Positions 58,647 to 64,000 of a stretch of DNA of 64,000 bases are shown here, in pieces (position 1 is the stretch's first letter; each line of letters starts with the position of its first letter). Location: assembly GCA_949358305.1 (NCBI GenBank), contig OX442314.1:992001-1056000 (forward strand), in the 5' to 3' direction. The position numbers and the translations under genes were made by a program. This DNA comes from Strigamia acuminata. Its lineage: Eukaryota. Below the pieces are notes generated by a model. That model was not told where the DNA came from. It ran no database searches and saw nothing but the letters and a program-made list of their open reading frames with translations.

Positions 58647-59670
58647 ACGTGACTAAAACTGGGGACTAGGACTGGGGCCTTGGCGGGGACTCGGTTGCGG
58701 GAGCGGGCGACTGTTGGGGCGCTCGTAGTCTCGTAGACCATGCGGGGGGAGGGTTGGTCTCCCTCGACTGTCACGACGCCAAACGTTATGCTAATGTGTG
58801 CAAAACGTTCGCTAAACGTTCTCAGAGCTGCAGCAAAACTATTTTAGTAAAATAGAAGTAGTAGTGGTAATATTAGTTTTTTTTCCGAATTTGATTTTAG
58901 TGGGAAATTTAGTTTTTTTTGGCTTGCTAAAATTAGTGGAGCAAAAAAACTACGTTAGTAAGTGGGAGATTTATTTTTTTTTAAAGTGAAAATCCAAGGA
59001 CATTTAGTGGACCAATAAATGGGACCCAAGTACAAAGACATGTGGGCAACAACAAAAACTTAATACAAAGCATGTTTTTCTTCCAAAAAATGCATTTCTA
59101 GGCATAAATATAACCTGTTGAGACAAAACATAACAATATAAAGGTCAAAACATTTCTTTTTAGATGGATGAAATGGTGCTCTGAGCACATCCACATGTCT
59201 CTACAATCTCTCTGAATTTATCATTTGTCAAAAGTTACTACAAAAACAATATCCGGGCAGGTGACACTGCATTCTGACAAATTTCAATCTTTCTTCATAG
59301 CTCCTAAAATTATTTAGACAACAAGGTGGTCTGCATGTGTTTACGGTGGCGATGTGTTTGACAGTCAGAGGGTGCCACAAGCCTCAATGAAATGACAACT
59401 GTTGTAAATGAATTGTTATGTAAACTAAGGAAATGCCATATGTCCACTAGTTACTAAGATCGTTTATTTATTCATTAACTCAAACTAGAAAGCACAAACA
59501 ACATACCTATTGATCTAACTTTTTTCCATCTAGATGCTCAATCAACGCAGATTCAGATTAAATCGCCGTAAAATAACATCTTCAATCATTGAGGCTATCG
59601 ATGACGAGAGAAATGTAAGCTCAGAGTTTTACGTCCTTCTAGACTGTACACGTTCACGCATATTTCGTAT

Positions 59671-60992
59671 TGTAAACTATCTCAAAGCTGAGACTAGCTG
59701 ACCCGAAATTACCAAGACACAACTACAAGCTCTAGTTAACTTCAAGTGATTTTATTAAACAAACAAAACTGATTATATATGACACTGGTCGATTGGTGCG
59801 GTCGTTTTGTATCGAGGCGGGTATTCGAGACTCGTAACCTCGTACACCGTGCTCGAGATTCGCCGACTTACTCGCAATGGTCCTCGGTATAGATTACTGA
59901 GTTTCCCTGCTCTGCCTTGTATTGCGATCGCCTTCCTTCGCACGACGACCACATCTCCGACCTCGTATGTCCGGCTTGGTCCTCGATGTCTATCGAACGC
60001 CTTTTTCTGCTTGATCTGGCTTTCCGTCATTGTTTCGTATGCTTCGTTTCTTACGTCTTCGATTTCCGTCTCGTTTTCATCGTTTTCCTCTCGGTTCCTT
60101 CCTCATTAAACACTCGATACACGTTCCTACGGCTGCTTTCACGTAACTTCGCATCCTGGGGAACCAAAATTTCTTCCGAATCGCCTCAATCGTTGCGTCG
60201 ACTCCCGGATGCGCGTGTCCATCGTGTACTTCGCTCGTAATTTGTCTCCGCATCATTTTGGTACATTTTCTTCTATCTTCGGATCGTTATCTTCAGCTTT
60301 CTCTTCGTCTTTCTCTTCTTCTTCCTTGTCGTCTTCCTCTACCTCTTCTTGATTCACGTCTTCATCCGCGAGTCCTAGCTCTGTAAGCACGGCTAGTCGC
60401 AACGTGGTGATCATATCTCGTTTTAATCTCGGCGGCACGATATTCCGTTCTATTAACAGTGGCTGGACGTCTTTGGCTCTCAGTTTGTCCCACTCGGCCT
60501 CCGTTGGGAATGCTCCGCGTCTGATTTTCGCTACGACTGCCTTTGCTACGGCCATCTCGATCGTGGTTCGGCTAACCTTTGTAACACGTGTTTGTCCCGG
60601 CGAACCGACTCTCGTTTCCCGACCTGTCCACGCGCTATTCGCTAACCCGAATTCCGAATTCCGCTTCCGTCGCCAAAAACAATCGTCTTCTACTTTCGTC
60701 TACTTTATCGTCTACTTATTCATCTATCGTCGCATCGAATCCTTCTATCCCACTTCTGATGTAAACTATCTCAAAGCTGAGACTAGCTGACCCGAAATTA
60801 CCAAGACACAACTACAAGCTCTAGTTAACTTCAAGTGATTTTATTAAACAAACAAAACTGATTATATATGACACTGGTCAACCCTGATTGGTTGATTACA
60901 AGAATCGCCTCCAAAACGTTTCTCGGACATATTCGTTATGTCCGCACGCCCCCTGGCGATCGTTATCGCCCGTCGACCCGAAAAACTCCACA
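59671..60992 (-). mobile_element. Internally deleted Gypsy element (1322 bp)
   Basis: 5' LTR 60760-60992, partial 3' LTR 59671-59790, PBS-like TCAGAAGTGGGAT and TSD GTAT. Gag-like fragment 60253-60555 and integrase GPY/F fragment 59790-60030. Empty-site paralog at 56730-56940. Confidence 0.85.
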
Positions 60993-61599
60993 GTATAATA
61001 TAAAAAGTAATTTCTCGATCTTGTTGGTCGGCTGGTCGCGATCGGTCTGCTTAGCGCCCTGGTCAAGACAGACTAATGGTCACGGATACACACAAACTTT
61101 TCTCGAGAAATGGACAAACGATATGAATTATATTATTTAAACGCGACGTTTCCCGGTGGTTGGGACAGCCAAACTTAACCGGTTGGTCATCTGGTTTCGA
61201 AGCTGAATGCAATAAAGGATGTGAAGGTGATGTGGGTGGTGGTTGTGATGGTTGTGATGGTGAATACGGAAGCAGTTGCTCATTTGATCGTTGATGGCGG
61301 AGCTTATCGTTCTTGCTGATCGAATGGTTGCGACCGGTTTCCGTCTAGTGGTCTACCTGCCGGCAAAATTCAAATTTGTATCAATAAACAAAGACAAATC
61401 AAACAACGGCGCGTCTTAACGCGCGCAAATTCAAATTCATCTCATCGAAAAATGTACTCGGTTTAAACCCTATTTACATTTTTACACATTAAAACGTCCA
61501 TTTTTCTATCTGATTTATGCTTTTCTATTTTAAAAGATTCAGTTTTCACTTTATTTACATTTTTACATCGTAAGGTCGTTGGGTGTTGGGTGTAAGTGC

Positions 61600-62400
61600 A
61601 TGTAAGAGCAGCGACGACGGCGATGACGACGCAACGGATTGTCCGGACATTCCGGCATAATTGCCATTGACCTCGCGTGACTGCGCGCAGACGAAGAAAA
61701 TGACGTTTTAGAGATATTTGATCGTAAATTATTTATTGCCACACTTCACAAATATCAAAGCAAATTAAAATGCATTCAATCTGTATCAGAGAGTGACTTT
61801 GATCGTAAACACGCTTCGACAACTGCGTTCGGATTTCGAAGTAGATCCGAATCAGATTTACGACTTGCTTGCACCGCAGAGTAAAAATGCCAACAGAAGG
61901 AACATCGTGATTGATCGGCTGATCGCCAAACGGCTGAAGGAACTCAAACGAGCGCCGTTGTACAGACAAGTTCGACGAATTGCTGAACGATGTGGAGGTT
62001 GTGAGCAAGTTCGTTGCGAACAAGAGCCGGGAGATGAGCTTCAAGAGAATCCGAACCGGGTGCGCATCGTCATCAACGAGTTGGAGCCGTTTGCTGTGGC
62101 GAATAAAGCTCCGAATGCCGGGAATAACGGGCCGGAAGCAATCGCGTCCACTTCGACCGAAAAGAATAACGATGTGTCGGCGACGATGGACGAAGTAAAC
62201 ACGGTTTTGGAGCTGTTTCCAGGCACTGATCCCGAATACCTGCGATCTTTTGTCGAGCAGTAGTCGATTATATCATGGCGAACGTTTCTGGTGGTTGGCG
62301 AAATCGCTCGTATCCCAGGTTGCCCGAAATCTAAAAGGCGGCGACTAAACGAAATTTATAGAAAGGTTTTATAGTTATTTGCTTTATTTTGTTTGTTTTA
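61600..62400 (+). pseudogene. Decayed RNF216-like paralog (5' exons)
   Basis: NRRNIVIDRLIAKRLK...KAPNAGNNGPEAIASTS...LELFPGTDPEYL, with frameshifts and stop codons. Confidence 0.8.
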
Positions 62401-62631
62401 TATGCTTTTTAGTATCGGGTGCATTCACTGACGCATAAACGGTCGTTTAAACCCGTTTAAAAGAGGTTTTGAACGAGATTTCCTGTTGTTATTATTATTA
62501 TTATTTGATGTACGGTAAGCAAATTTGCACCAGTTATTTTTTGTTTACGACTAAAGAAGAAGAAGAATGATACTTACGTGTACAGTTAGGCCTGGAAACA
62601 AAAAGAAAAGCGAGGGCGAGGAAACAATGCA

Positions 62632-63789
62632 CACTGGAAAAAAAATCAGATTTACTCACTTGTAAAGAATTGTAAATATATAGGTAGATGGATTTTACAA
62701 GTTTGTAAATTAGATTTACAAACAATTGAAAATAAGTCTTTTCCAAACATATTTACAATCTGGAAAGAGACCATTTCCGGGACTTTTTTTACAATAACTT
62801 TACAAACATTTTCAATTGTGTAATTATAAAATTTCATAATATATTTCCAATGTATTTCCCATGTATTTTCAATGTATTTTCAACATATTTCCAATATAAA
62901 AAATTTACTACCCTCCATTTTGAAAAATTTAAATACACTAACTCAATTTTTTTTTTTTAGTTAAGCTGTTTGACTTTTTTTCAATTACCATTCAACAATT
63001 AGTTTTCATTAATTTCATCACTATTCAGATGTTTTATTGACAGTTTTATTCAAATTTATTTATCTTAAAGTTTTCTTTTTTCTTACCATGACCTCTGTCA
63101 GAATTGAACCTGGGACCCTTTGTTCCAAAGACCACTGCTCTGTCCACTAGGCTAGTATGACTTGAAATAGTTTATGCATAACTTCCTATATATAGTAACT
63201 ACTTTGTTAAATAATCTATTTGAGATTGATTGTATTAAAAATACAATCAATCTCACATTGATTATTTGTAGAGGAATCGGATTGTTTCATCGACGGTACG
63301 TTTCATTCATCGACACGTATTTTTCCGTCCCTGCGCCCTGATTGGCCCGATTTCGTATTGTCCATGTCGGTTCGAAATTGGACCGTTTTATACATTATTT
63401 TCTTTTCTGAGTTCAAATTTGACACAATTTTATTGTTCCTGACAGTATTTTACCTTGTTCTTGTTACTTTTCAGATATTTAAATGTTACATTTAAATTTC
63501 AAGTATTTTCTTGCTTTTACATTATGTTTACAATCATTGTGCAATGAAGTTTACAACACATTTCCATCTAAAAGAAAATTGATTGGAAACATAACATTTC
63601 AAACAAAAGATTTACAACTAATTGAAAATGAGTTTTCATCTCTAGGATTTACTACACATTTTCAGAAGTTTGGAAATATATAAATATTTCCAACACATTT
63701 CCAACAAATTTCCACATCATAGTAAATTCAACTTTTCCATATAAATTTTCAACTTGGAAATGTTTGAAAATATGCTTTTTTTTCCAGTG
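62632..63789. mobile_element. Non-autonomous CMC/CACTA-type DNA transposon
   Basis: TIR CACTGGAAAAAAAA / TTTTTTTTCCAGTG with a 3-bp TSD GCA. Confidence 0.75.
63091..63154 (-). other. tRNA-derived (SINE-head-like) sequence
   Basis: A box TAGCCTAGTGG and B box GGTTCAATTC; no acceptor stem. Confidence 0.5.
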
Positions 63790-64000
63790 GCAGGTCGCTC
63801 ATTCTCAAAATACGTGAAATCGTTCCACAAATAATAATAATAATAATGAAAATAACAACAATAATTTTGTAACTGAAATAATAAAAAAGGATGAGAACGA
63901 TATAGAACAACGATTATCTCACATCGTTTGGCTCACACTTCCAAATCTAGGCCTGAAGGCCTATTTCGGGTTCTTCTTGCCACAAATGTTTTTTTTTGAC
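63790..64000 (+). repeat. Further copy of the RNF216-like upstream region
   Basis: Reverse complement of ~45925-46150 and similar to 38050-38225. Confidence 0.75.

Larger units (their letters stand above)
56969..59010. mobile_element. Non-autonomous DNA element with ~150-170 bp imperfect TIRs
   Basis: 56969-57135 is complementary to ~58845-59010. Confidence 0.6.

Noticed and set aside
63091..63160. Functional tRNA-Pro gene
   Set aside because: A and B boxes are present, but the acceptor and anticodon stems do not pair.

Overview
Eukaryotic, probably arthropod, genomic DNA that is intron-containing, AT-rich and transposon-dense. The dominant feature is a full-length Polinton/Maverick (adintovirus-type) provirus at 1090-27689 with perfect 95-bp TIRs and a GCTGAT 6-bp TSD. 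It sits inside the long second exon of a ~2300-codon secreted repeat-protein host gene (197-33812). The provirus encodes a PLA2-integrase-chromodomain fusion, two adenain-like proteases, a packaging ATPase, minor and major capsid proteins, a pX-like core protein and a coiled-coil fibre-like protein. Its replication module is split into a putative terminal-protein/dead-vOTU ORF and a separate protein-primed PolB. A 9.7-kb non-autonomous LTR element (13159-22823) interrupts the fibre-like gene. That element has apparently identical 1914-bp LTRs, an orphan 497-aa ORF, no gag/pol, and a 235-bp tandem array carrying three copies of a tRNA-Gln primer-binding site. The right half of the window holds an apparently intact RNF216-like RBR ubiquitin ligase gene with several decayed or chimeric copies. 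It also contains Sec23, FHA and C2H2 gene fragments, a near-complete Gypsy element, a BEL/Pao relic, a solo LTR, a deleted mini-Gypsy, a CACTG-type DNA element, foldback elements and satellites. All calls come from reading the sequence and motifs; no database searches were run.
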